A DNA stretch of 64,000 nucleotides. Origin: the human T2T-CHM13v2.0 reference genome, Homo sapiens. Positions 43,705 through 56,946 of the stretch are shown piece by piece. The stretch lies in NCBI RefSeq assembly GCF_009914755.1, contig NC_060941.1; one strand, given 5' to 3'. Below the pieces are notes generated by a model. That model did no database searches. It was not told the DNA's origin and saw only the letters and a program-made list of their open reading frames with translations. Position 1 is the first letter of the stretch. Each line of letters begins with the position of its first letter. A program made the translations under genes and the position numbers.

Positions 43705-45589
43705 AGGATGCTGTTTGTTCCCCTGACCTCACCTGTGCTCCCACCCTTCCTAAAGCTGTTTTCCCCATGCCATACAACTGAGTACATCTACAGGATCTGT
43801 CTGAGATAGAAAGTCTGGCAGTGGCTTGAGGTGTCCTGCTCTCAATCTTTGGTATATAATTGACTATGGCTTCTGGCCCCATGTTACTCTTCAAGTCTCC
43901 TTTGCTGTCAATCACACAAGGGAACCAATGTCCAAGTTGAAGCTCTCCACTCCCCTCTGCAACATTGACTTAATCTTTTGGACAAGGCTTCTGTCTAGGT
44001 CCCAGATCTCAGCTCCCTGTCATCACACTGCCAACACTCCATGTCTCCACCACAACTGGGGGCTTGCTCTGACCGTGCTTGGTGGCAGAGTACAACTGCC
44101 CAGAGTACAACCATGCACTGTGCTGGTTCTATTGATAATTGCCTAGATTTCCAAATCTTTTCTGTCTATAGTATTCTTCCCATTGGAAATGATACTATGT
44201 TTCTGATAATTTTCAAAACTATGGTTAAGACTGATGTGCTCTTTGGACCCTGTGTCTGGTATGCTTGATTGTACCTTTGGAATAATCTTAACAGCTGGTC
44301 ATTTCTCCGACTTTGTCACATCCTGATGTGGGTTTTCATGCCAAGAATGGACTCACCTATATCTGCATCTTCTCCCAACTGCTTTTGGAGATCTAGAGGT
44401 GCTTGGCCTAAATCCTATGTTTAGAGGCACCTTGATGACATCAGCTAGGAATGGCCACTTGTCACATCTCTCACGTGTTGACCTGTGCTGCTCCTTCCAT
44501 CCTCAGCTCCAGCCCTCACCTGCTATGAACAGGAGCAAGGGACATGTGGGGTCATGCGGGGGGTTGGGGGGAACTACTTCTTCTAGCTTAAACTCTTGCA
44601 CTTTATTAACCGTGAGGTTGATTGTTTCAGTTAGGACACTTTTGGCTACAGATGGAAACTCTGGTGAATAGGAGCTTAATTAAAGTATGGATGTATTGGC
44701 TCACATCACAGAGAAGTAGAGATATAGGCAGACTTCAGATGAAGCTAGATTCAAGGTTCCCCTGATGCTAACAGGACTGGGTTTCTCTCCTCTTGCCTTA
44801 GCCTAGTGTCATCCTGGATCCTTTCTTGGGCTTTTTGTGGGGTTCCCAATAACACTGGGCCCACCATTCATAGGGTAAGACAGCTGGCACAGTGCCATTC
44901 TTGCCTCTTCCCAGGGGAGAGAGTTATCATCTTTCTCAGTCCTGTCCACACAAGTCCTGGGGCTCATCTGACTGGATGGGTTTCTGCCACTGGTTTGCTC
45001 TGAATGTCCAGGTTAAACAATTAAGATGGTTGTTTGGCTCAAATCTGGGTCATATGAAACCCCATGAAGACCCCATGGAATGAGAATGGATGGTAAATCT
45101 CTGACCAACGATCAGGGACTGTGGCTGGAAGGAAGGGGAAAGACTGTTGGGAAGCAGGGTAGAATACATGTCTACCATATTGATAGAAATAGCATCTTGG
45201 ATGACACATTCCCAAAATGCTTAAAAGGCTGGACTAATGGGCTTGAATTTGTAAAATAAACTAAAATATGTATGAAGTGTTTCACATGAATGCAAAAAGT
45301 CATCCTAATATGAAAAATACTCTAGTCAACTATAAGCTCAGTATGAGCCACTAAATTGATTTGCCTATCAGCAACATTAACAAAAGCTAATGTACTCTAA
45401 TTTTCTATCTATTAGAATTATTTAATATTGGATTCAGTGGCCTTAGGAGATAGTTTCTAACTGTGACTAGATATGATAAACCAAAAGCCATATAATCATG
45501 TATAGGGATGCCATGGTGGGAACCTGGGGCTCATGGACTCATTCATTCATTCACTTATTCATTCAACATATATATACTGAATGCCTATG

Positions 45590-45930
45590 GTGCAGGCTCA
45601 GATCTCTCCCAGCAGATACTGAGACGAAATGTAGCATGCAAACTATTCTTTAAGGGTCATCACCAATGGAAATGGGGAAGGAAGCAAGATTGGACAGATG
45701 CGATACAGGTCCAGCAAAGCCTTGACCCTAGGGTGCTCTAGAACTTCAGAGGAAATAGTGCCCATCTTATTATTGTGTTAGACTGAAATGGCTGGACCTT
45801 GATACCTTGAATTTGATTAGTCACTGGATGTGGGCCCCCTGGGGAAGGAAGACTATGGTTCCAGGGGAGGCAACTTTCTGCAGCTGAGACAGACCCTAAA
45901 GGAGCTGACAGTTGGAGACAAGTCCTTCCA
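45590..45930 (-). mobile_element. Old ERVL LTR (LTR16-like)
   Basis: gcagatactgagac...gaagcaagattgg...tcactggatgtgggc...tctgcagctgag pattern. Approximate. Confidence 0.45.
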
Positions 45931-46755
45931 CGTCCACCAAAGCACTGTTCCAGGCATTCAGAATACAGCAATCAACACAACAGACACAAAATTCAAGCAA
46001 GACTGAGCATTCTAGTAGAAGAACAGAATAGAATTTTTAAATGCCTGAATGAATGTGTATGAGTTAGAGATAAATGCCATGCTGGAAAATTCATCATGAT
46101 AAGGTGAAGGTAGAACACGATGGAAGAGGAAATGGTGGGTAGTGGTATGATGGTTGTGCTATTTTCATCAGTGATTCTTAAGTAGAAATCTACAGAAGTG
46201 AGAGAAATAACTCTACATACATTTGGGGATAAGATCTCCAGACAGAGAGCACAGCAAATACCAAGGCCTTGAGGAACACAAGGACACCAGCATAGCTGAG
46301 GGGAGGGAGTATGCGGAGAGTGGCAGGAGATGAGCTTAGAAGGACAGCAGGCGAGCAGGTCATGCCAGGCCATGGCCCAAGTTCATACTTGAGGTTCATG
46401 GTAAAGACACACTGTGAAGTGGCAATAGAGGTAACTTCTTAGAGGTACTCCCTTCACTTAGCTGCTCATTTATAGAGGAGTGAACTGAACCCCATGGAAG
46501 TTATAGGGTTAGTTCAAAATTGCATAGCTAGGTAGAAGCCCTAGAGAAATTCAGAACCGAGACAGACAATGCATGATGTATTTATTAGGATGCCATTGGC
46601 TACATGAAAGAGAAACTTTGGATTCAGACAGGCTTCAATAAAAGGAAACTTAATTATCTCACGTTACTGGAAGACCAGAGATGGGAAGGCCCTGAGCATA
46701 CCTCTTTGAGTGGCCCAATGATGTTCTGTCCATCTTTTCAGCTGGCACCCTCAGT

Positions 46756-47905
<1,150 letters not shown>

Positions 47906-48619
47906 TCACTTAGTATTGGCTAGAACTGGATCATATGTCCCTTCTTAATCCCTGTGAAGGGGAAAAAGATTTATTATGTCTAGCTCAACCCAATCAGCAT
48001 TTGCCTTCATTTGCCTTCTACAACCAGGGACTGGGTCACTCTCCCCTGAACCTCAGGACTGTCTGAAGTTGGTGGAGGTGTTGGAAGAGATGATTCTTCT
48101 CTGGTACTTTTTATTGAGTCAAATCCACAAAGAAAGAGCACTTTAATACTGTCAACAATTCAGGCGCTCAAACTAGAAGGAGAAAAGAGAAATGTATGGT
48201 GGTAACCAAGCAACCTTTTCTACTACAAAGGGCAAACCAGGAGGGCTGGAAATGTCAATAAGAAATACAGTGTACTGCAGCAAGAGTTGGGATATATAAC
48301 CCCTAAGATCTTACACAACCCTGAGATGCTATTATTTCCATGAGTGTTGATGCCACCACTTATGAGCACAGGGGTTCAGGATACATTTATAGGTGGTGGT
48401 GGTCTGAGAAACCAAATCAGTTTCCCCTACTTAATGCCGCTGAACAAATCATTAGAGTCTGATGTGAGGAGGACACATTTCTCCTATCCATCATTAAGGG
48501 GCTCTCAGACATGGAAAAGCAAATTCTGGAATAATGAAGGGATGGTGAAGGCTCATGGAAGAGACAAAGAAGGGAATAGCTTAGAAATTGCACAGAGTGT
48601 AAAGGTAAATATATAAGGC

Positions 48620-49460
48620 TGTTGTCTTCAAATATGTTCTTATGATTCCCAAATGTATATGCCTGTCTTATCTTCTCTTCTGAGCTTGCGATTCTTGTGC
48701 AGGACAGCTCCACTTAGTTCTCTCAAAGGAACCACAACACGACTATTGCTAACTCTGTCCTGAACCTGCTTTTTCAGCCATGCTTATTTCCACTGTGGGC
48801 ATCAACTCCCAGTAATCTACTGCATCCCTTCATCATTTTTTACCTGTATTATCAGGACAGCTTCCAAATTGCTTTTCCTGCGTCCAGTCCAGTGTTCCCT
48901 ACTCCATTTGACTCAGAGATCCAGCAAACATGTAAAACTGACAGTGTCTTCTCCTGATTAAAACCCACCAACAGTTCCCCAGCAATTGTAGAATAAATTC
49001 AAGTTCTTTGCAAGGGAGGATTCAATACCCTCCTGCTAGCCTTATTTGGAAGACTCCCTCAGGGTTCACGCTAAACTGCTTGCATCCCTGCTCACACACC
49101 CTTAACCACTTCCTGTCTTTCTGGTTCTGCTAAGGATGTTCCCTCTGCTGGGAGCCTCCTTCCCCTCTTGCTTGCTGTATTAACTCGTAATCCATTCTTC
49201 AAGATTCTGCTCTACCTCATTGAGAAAGCTACATTTGACCCCCATCTGTCCCCTTGCAGGCCTAGGCTGGGTGCCTGTCTTCTGCTCTCAGAGCACCCTG
49301 CCCGCCTTTATCATGAGACGTAACCTTGCCATGTGGAAATCATTTGTTTATCTGTCTCCCTAATGGTCTACAAGGTCCCCCTCCTTGAGGAAAGGGACTC
49401 TCTTATTCATTCTGCTGGCAGGGAGTAGGCACTAAACAAATGTTTGTTGGACAGAATCTT
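48620..49460 (+). mobile_element. L2 LINE 3' fragment (diverged)
   Basis: tctcttctgagct..., ttgtagaataaattcaa, ctccttgaggaaagggact...gtaggcactaaacaaatgtttgttg. Approximate. Confidence 0.55.
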
Positions 49461-50761
49461 TAAGAAGAAGGTGGCAACTGAGAAGTTAAGGGAACGGGAG
49501 GAAGTGCAGAGGAAGAGGGAGGGAATGGAGACAGCAGCAAGTGGGGAGCTGCGGGGATAGTCTGTGCACCGCCCCCCACCCCACCCCCTAGTCAATATCA
49601 GGATCTCCCTCTTGTGTCTTGGAGTCTGAGTTCGAGCTCTAATATATCCATTCCACGGTTCCCAAAAGAGGAACTCTTCTGTTCCTGGATAGGGATCCCT
49701 TGTTTAGGTCACACATGAGTGGGACTGAACAGAAAGTCTCAGGGAAAATTCTCTACCGCCCTCGCTCTGACAGCCTGTTCCCTGCCTTCAGTTCCCTGCC
49801 TTCAACCAAAGCACGCTGGTCACGCAGGCAGAATCTTGGCCTTGGCCATCGCTTTTTGTTCTCAGTTCCCCCTACCTCCTCCAAGGACACACGCCAAGGA
49901 TGGTACTATGATTCTCTTTTGGGATGGCCTCGTAGCTGTGAAAGTTAGACTCAGGCCTCCTTTCCACAGACCCAGACACGCAACTACCCCGGAAAGCACC
50001 CCCGCCCTGCACCCCCATCCTCCTCACCTCCCATAGGAGCTGCAGCACAGAGATTTCAACACAGGGGTTACAAAGCTGAGTCTCAGAGGTTCAGATAGCT
50101 TTCTAATGGCCTCGAGGCTCCGCGGGGAAAAAAAAAAGTATAGCAAAGAGTTGCCATCCAGTCCTGGGGCTGTCTAGCGCCTTTATGCGTAGTGGGTACG
50201 GGGTTGGGGAAAGAGTGACCAAGGGGAAGAGAGTGTAGGCTCAGCTCACGGGTCGCCCAACAGCCTCAGACAAGCCACTTGACCCCTGGACTCAGTTTGG
50301 GAACCTGTAGCAATGGGTTTGACCTCTTCTCCTGGCTGCGAGTATCACCACTAGGGAGAGGCAAAGGCTTGCAGAAACCCCAACTCCCGCTCTGGCAGCG
50401 CGCTGCCCCGGGCTCCGGTAGGGTGGGGACTGGTCGCGAAGGCTAGAGAAGGCAATGGCAGGGGAGGTCAGTCCCTGCCGCGGGCCGGCTGCAGAGCGGA
50501 CGTTCCGCCCTGCTCCCGGCCCCCTCTTCGCCCGCCGGGTTCGCCGTGTCGAATAACTGCTGTCCGGAGCTTTCGTGACGCGGAGCTTCAACTGCTGCGA
50601 TCCGGAAGAAGCGAAAAGGAGTCCCCCCCGCCCCGCACCCTGAGCGCCCGGGCGTGCAAACGTGGGTGGCGGAGAGCGGCTGCCCTCCCCTCCCCTGTCC
50701 CCCCTCCCCTCGCGGCGCTCCCGTGTGTGCGGGTGTGTGAGTGCGTGTGTCTCCCTCGCTC

Positions 50762-50890
50762 ACTCTCGCACACGTTCCGGCACTAGTGCAGGCGACGAGC
50801 CGGCGGCTCTCCGCTCGCTCGCTCCGGCAGCTGCGTTCCCGCCTCGCCCCGCCGCCGCCGCCGCCGCCTCTGCAGTCGCAGCCGGGCATG
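50762..50890 (+). other. Candidate upstream first exon ending in ATG|GTGAGT
   Basis: Inr-like element at 50760-50766, consensus donor GTGAGT at 50891, matching acceptor ...ctccccgtcttgtcccgcAG|G at 51243-51244. Motif evidence only; 5' end is a guess. Confidence 0.5.
50851..50868 (+). repeat. (GCC)6 trinucleotide repeat
   Basis: Read directly. Confidence 0.95.
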
Positions 50891-51265
50891 GTGAGTGAGT
50901 GAGGTCCAGCCGCCGCGCGCTCTCCCGGCTCGTCGCCGGACCCCAGCCTCAACCGGCTCCGTCCCAGGGAGCCAGCCTGCGGCGGGAGCGCGCTGCGGGG
51001 CCGGGCGGCTGGGGGACCCGGGCGGCCGAGCTGCGCCTGGAGGGGCGGCCCGTGCGCTCTCGGTTCCAGGCGCGCAGGGCCGCGGGACCCCGTCTTGGGA
51101 GCGGGCTCTACGCCCCTCCCGGCTCCGAGTCTCTCTCCTCGAGGGCTGCGCGCACCCTCCCCGCCCGCCTGCCCGCGGTTCTCCTCCTGCTCCCGGAGCG
51201 CCAGTCGCCCCACCCCGTGACCGGCTCCCCGTCTTGTCCCGCAGGACCCGCCCGGACGGGACCAC

Positions 51266-51289
51266 GCCGCCGCCGCCGCCGCCGCCGCC
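51266..51289 (+). repeat. (GCC)8 trinucleotide repeat
   Basis: Read directly. Confidence 0.95.
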
Positions 51290-51627
51290 CGGAGCCGCGC
51301 TTCGGGTCCTGCCTGAGCCGAGCCGCGCGCGGGGCCGCAGTCACCGCCGGCGGGGGATGGGGCTGCCCAGGAGGCGCGCCGAGCCCGCAGGGGGAGCGCG
51401 GAGCCGGCGCGCAGCCTGAGAGCCCGAGCAGCCCGCGCCGGGCCGGTCCGTGCGCACCGCGCGCCGCCGCCGCCACTGCCGCCCGCGCCTCGATGGCGCC
51501 ATCGCCCCGGAGCCGCTGACCGCTCAGCGCCTCCAGCCCGGCCCGCGCGGCGGGTCCTCCGAGCCCGGCCCGCCGGGGGAGCGGCCTGCCGCGGAAGCCT
51601 CCCCGCGCCCTCCCGCCCGGCCCCGCC

Positions 51628-52265
51628 ATGGCGCTGCGGCGCCTCCTGCTGCTGCTGCTGCTCTCGCTGGAGTCCCTGGACCTGCTGCCCAGCGTCCACG
51701 GAGCCCGCGGCCGCGCCGCCAACCGGACCCTGAGTGCAGGCGGCGCTGCCGTCGGGGGCCGGAGGGCCGGGGGCGCCCTGGCACGGGGCGGCCGCGAGCT
51801 GAACGGCACCGCCCGGGCGCCCGGAATCCCGGAGGCGGGAAGCCGGCGGGGGCAGCCCGCGGCGGCTGTGGCGGCGGCGGCCAGCGCGGCCGTCACCTAC
51901 GAGACGTGCTGGGGCTACTACGACGTGAGCGGCCAGTACGACAAGGAGTTCGAGTGTAACAACAGCGAGAGCGGCTACCTGTACTGCTGCGGTACCTGCT
52001 ACTACCGCTTCTGCTGCAAGAAGCGCCACGAGAAGCTGGACCAGCGCCAGTGCACCAACTACCAGAGCCCGGTGTGGGTACAGACGCCCAGCACCAAGGT
52101 GGTGTCGCCGGGGCCCGAGAACAAGTACGACCCGGAGAAGGACAAGACCAACTTCACCGTCTACATCACCTGCGGGGTGATCGCCTTCGTCATCGTGGCC
52201 GGCGTCTTCGCCAAGGTCTCCTACGACAAGGCCCACCGCCCTCCACGGGAGATGAACATCCACAG
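51628..52265 (+). CDS. SHISA6: SHISA6 (CKAMP52) first coding exon, partial CDS (aa 1-213, phase-2 donor)
   Basis: Strong Kozak context gccATGG. Translation MALRRLLLLLLLSLESLDLLPSVHG (signal peptide), 8-Cys SHISA domain CWGYYDVSGQYDKEFECNNSESGYLYCCGTCYYRFCC...C, TM FTVYITCGVIAFVIVAGVFA, ending REMNIHR. Matches my recollection of the human SHISA6 N-terminus. Canonical donor CAG|GTGAG after 52265 (638 coding nt). Confidence 0.96.
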
Positions 52266-52405
52266 GTGAGAGCGCCGCGTGCCGCGCGCCCCGGTCTCCC
52301 CGCGGCCTCACCCTCTCAGCTTGCTTCCCCTGTCCTCTTCACTCTCGGCATCATCACACCTCCCCAGGCCCTCTAGTCATTTCCACCATCGCTCCTTTTG
52401 CATGC

Positions 52406-52411
52406 AATAAA
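52406..52411 (+). terminator. Candidate intronic polyadenylation signal AATAAA
   Basis: AATAAA 140 nt after the exon-1 donor, followed by GU-rich GTCTTCGTGTG and TGCTTTGGTGGT. Confidence 0.35.
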
Positions 52412-55400
52412 TCAGGGTCTTCGTGTGCCCCCTCCTCCATTTCTTCAGAACCGGGAATGCATGCTTTGGTGGTAGGGGGATTTACAAGGCAGAGTAAGAA
52501 TTGGTTGAGTGCATGAAGTTCCAAGTGTAAGAATGTTACAAATTCTGTAATCGTGGATGAGGATCCAGGGTTCTGCTTTCCTGGCATGAGGGCACTTTGG
52601 TGTAGGTTCTTAATGGCATTTAGTTTTTTGAGTCAAATCAGAGTGTCATCTTCAATATAGGAAACTGACCAATGTTGGAACCTTACTGAAAGCGGTACCA
52701 AGTGGCTTAGGGTCAACTGAGATGTTCTCGTACATTAGGAATTGGGGTTTTATAGAAAGGATGCCTCCTGCCGGAAGTAGGGATAAAGATTTCTCCATTC
52801 CATGTTGACCAAGCACAGATGGTGTCTCCTCATTGCATCCTGCGGAGTGGGATGTTTATCTTTCCTGCTGAGACTAGAGGACTCGTTCTTTGAAACCCTG
52901 TAGGCAGAACTCTGAGTTAACAGTACTCGCCTGTGTTAAACCTGGTGGGGCATCTTTCACTGCTTACGTTCGAAAGACAGTGGGAGCTGCCTCCTACCAA
53001 AACTTACGCCAAGAGCTCAAACTATGGCAGTCCCTGGTTGCACGCTGAATGCTGCCCCGACGCACCATCTTGCCCCCCAGTGAGCCCTTGGGGAAGTCAA
53101 AGCCAAGGGGATGACAGAAACCCAGCCTCCCCTTAGAACTCTAGGAATGACACACCCAGAGGATGCAGAGTTAGCTCGGCTTCCTGTCCCCTCATGTTGA
53201 TGGATGGCTGGACATGGTGCAAGAGTCCTCTCAGGGAACAAACCCTGCCCCGGGAGATGCCTCCATTTCTGTTGCATGGTGTGGGCACTGCCCTAGTCAC
53301 CATGAGCACCCCCCAGACCACTGCTTGTCAGTCAGTCCTGCAGGCCCCCACACTGACCCATTCACCTTGAGCTCTTCTCTGCGTCCTGCTTGTTATTCTT
53401 ACCACCTGAAAACCGCCTTCCTCGCTTCTGTGCACATTAATCACCCCTGCCTTGCTGAAGAGAGAGAAAGGCAGATAGAAATTTCTAGGCATGTTAAAAG
53501 AGCTGATTTTTTTTTTCTGCTTGATACTGTGGGTGTTGAGAGAAATGATACTCCCTGGAAGGTTTTATTGAGTCAAATCCACAAAGGGTGGGTACCTCAA
53601 ACTCGCGTGCTGGAATTGGAGTGATTCCAAAAGGAGACCCTTTTATAAGGCTCTGTCACCCTGAGGTGCCTCCACCCTGTCTTCCACTTGCACCTCATGT
53701 CTCAGATAGTGCAGTAAGTATCCTCTTGTGTGAGAAACAGCCTGTGGTCAGTCTTGGCTCTCAAATGCAGAAGACAAGTGGGACGGTGAGCAAAATAAAG
53801 GCAAGAGACAGTTTCTTTTGCATCTTGTCTGGCAAAGAATTTTCTGTCTCGGCTCAGTGTGGAAAGAAAAGAAGGAATTGCCCGTGGGCAGGTGCTGTCC
53901 TGAAGCAGATGTGCTGGTCCTTATCATCCTTACACCTCTGCCTCAAGACTTGGAGGCTTGTCTCCTCTTCCCCTTCCCCTGTGGCCTTGGCCTCTCATTA
54001 AACCTTCTGCTCTGACCACAGCCGCTTGCTCGTTGATTCCTACACATCTTTCTTTAAGTTACTTTCTTTCTGAGCCATTGTTCTCTGTACTCAGGGAAAA
54101 CTGCCTGCTGCCCTGACCCTTCCACCTCACACAGTTTATTCGTCATCGCCTGGGATGATACAGAGGGCGGTGTCCTCAAATGCTGGCAGCAGGCATCTTT
54201 GGATGCTGGCATTGGCACGTGACCCTGGAGAGGTCACTGTCCCTCTTGGTGTTTTCTCCCCTTCCCACCACCCTGATGCCCCTTACGCCAAACTAGGGTG
54301 AAGGTGATTACGGCATTGGGGCAGCTTCTCTCTGGGGTTGGGGAAGCAGAGTAACCACGGGAAGGGAGATGAATTTCAGGCCTCAGAGCTTTATGCAAAT
54401 ATGGGATGTTTCCCCCTCAAGTTCACCTCCTGATTTTATTCAGTTCACAGCCTCTCTTCCAGCAGCTGCAGTCTTGCCTGATCAGTGCTTTGGAAACCAT
54501 CATATCCGTGCCTGTTGGGTAGGGGACAATGCCTGTCTGTGTGTGGTAGGGGGACAGGGCATGGGGGATCCATCTACGACACTCCATGAATGACCTTGGG
54601 CAGGTCAGGGAAACTTATTTTTCAGTTCTGGGTAACTGAAGCACAATGTCCCAACTCAGCTTCTTGCTTCCGGGGCGCGTCAGGGTGAGTGTGCAAGTTG
54701 ATCTCAGACTCCTGGGGGTGAGTGTGACTACACCACTCTTCTCACTTTGCTCACACCTCAGAGACCACCGTTTGCCATTCTGGGGAGTATTTTTGTGTAG
54801 ACTGTCTTGTTGGGCAATCAAGGTAGGGAAAAGGAGGGAGTGATAGAGACAGAGAAATATTCACACCGTAATGAGTTTTCCTTAGGGAAAGTGGGGAGGA
54901 GAAAGAATGTACACTCTCGAGAGGTCAAGAGAGGAAGCGGATGTGCATGCAGTTACATATTCCTTGAAATAGCTCAGCAAAGATGTTTCCTTTCTGAACA
55001 AGAAAGACAAACCGGTTTCAGTGTGTGCTTCCCCCTGAAGATGATAGGTGGGCAGGCAGGGGCTGAGTCTGAGGGAGTTTCAGTGAGAACAGCCTCATTG
55101 GAGAGGGACATTTATGGGAGTGTGAGCAGGGGTGAAGGGAACGGATGGGCCATCTGCATCTGCCTTAGTGCTCCCAGGCTGGACAGCCCTCCGCCTGCCC
55201 ATGCACACACATTCCTTAGGGTAGGACTTCCTTTCATCTCTCTACTCCTTCAGGGAGGAAGAGATTTCATCATTTCCAGAAGTGATTAGACCTTGCTATC
55301 GTGTTTCTGAGTGAGAAATCAGTGTCTTTGGGGGAAACCGTCAGCTCTCTTGTGATTCTAATAGATGAGTACCAAGTCCGACTCAGCTAGCTGGACTCCG

Positions 55401-56415
55401 TGGAGGAGGAAGAGATGGGCACAGGATTGAAAGGCAGAGCTGGGTGCTGGATGTGGCCAGAGAGCCCCAGGGCAGCCGTGCCTGCCTTTCCCAACCGGAA
55501 GCCCAATTCCTACCAGGATCTCCACTTCACTTTTCCCTTCTTCCAAACTGCCCGGGCTAAGGCTCAAGCTGCAGCCATCCACAGATTTTGCTATTTCCTG
55601 ACTGACTTCCGCACAGCTCCCCTGAGGGGCTTTTTGTTCTGGGAGGGCCGCCAAGGGCATGGGCTGCACCCAGGAAACCGCCTGGGAGCCTGGGTCCTTT
55701 TTGACATTCATTTTTGTGCTAGCTGTCTCACATCCAAACCTGTTCCTTCCTCCTCACCCTGAGTTGATTCATTAGTGTCTTGGAGATGAGAATCATTCTG
55801 AGGGAGGAACTGTGTGGCTTTTTTTAATGGCTAATTAACAGATGGGTCAGGAAGCTATTAGGATGCTGGAGACGCAGTTGGTGAAATCAGAGCTGCCCTG
55901 GGTCCTTCCACTGCCTGCACAGGAGCAGAGGGGATCAAAGAATGTGGGCAGGGTGGGGGGGGGTGGATATCTAGGTGGGTGGGAAGAAAAATCCAGGTGG
56001 ATATCAACAGGAAAAAGTATTAGGAGGTGACCCCTTCATCTTGGGTTGGTTCTCTTGCTTATTTCTAGAAGAAGTCAAGGGAATACTTTGTTCTACTCTT
56101 TCTCCCTCCAGAAATTAATTAGAAACTCAAAGAGCTCTGTTATTTCCTCACAGGCCACATAACTGCAGTGGCAGGGCCCCTTCGCTGGCTGATTTAGTGA
56201 GTTCTCTTCCTAGGCTCCTGGGCAACAAATTGTCAAGTCACTGCGTTTTTTGAAGCACTGTGAGCTCACTATAATGAATTGATCTAAATAGAGAGTCGAC
56301 TTATTTTTCTACTTCAAATATAGAAGGAAAGAAACAAAAAAGCATCTTGCCTTGGACTGAAAGTTTTAGCCTTGCCTTTATTTCTTTTTTCTTTGAGTTA
56401 AAAAAAAAATGCTTC

Positions 56416-56946
<531 letters not shown>

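Larger units (their letters stand above)
50330..52310. promoter_or_regulatory. CpG island / SHISA6 promoter and 5' leader
   Basis: Abrupt rise in GC and CpG density. C-run/GC boxes 50683-50709, ETS CCGGAAG near 50602, half-CRE TGACG near 50576, Inr-like TCACTCT 50760-50766. Confidence 0.92.

Noticed and set aside
50556-50572. Possible REST/RE1 site in the promoter
   Set aside because: Only the right half (CGGACAGC on minus strand) matches; the left half and spacing are wrong.
50443-52311. 622-aa antisense ORF across the CpG island
   Set aside because: Starts at GTG, partly mirrors the SHISA6 codons, has low-complexity Ala/Gly/Arg/Pro composition and no recognisable domain. Long stop-free frames are expected at this GC content. 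Same applies to the other 50.3-52.4 kb overlapping ORFs.
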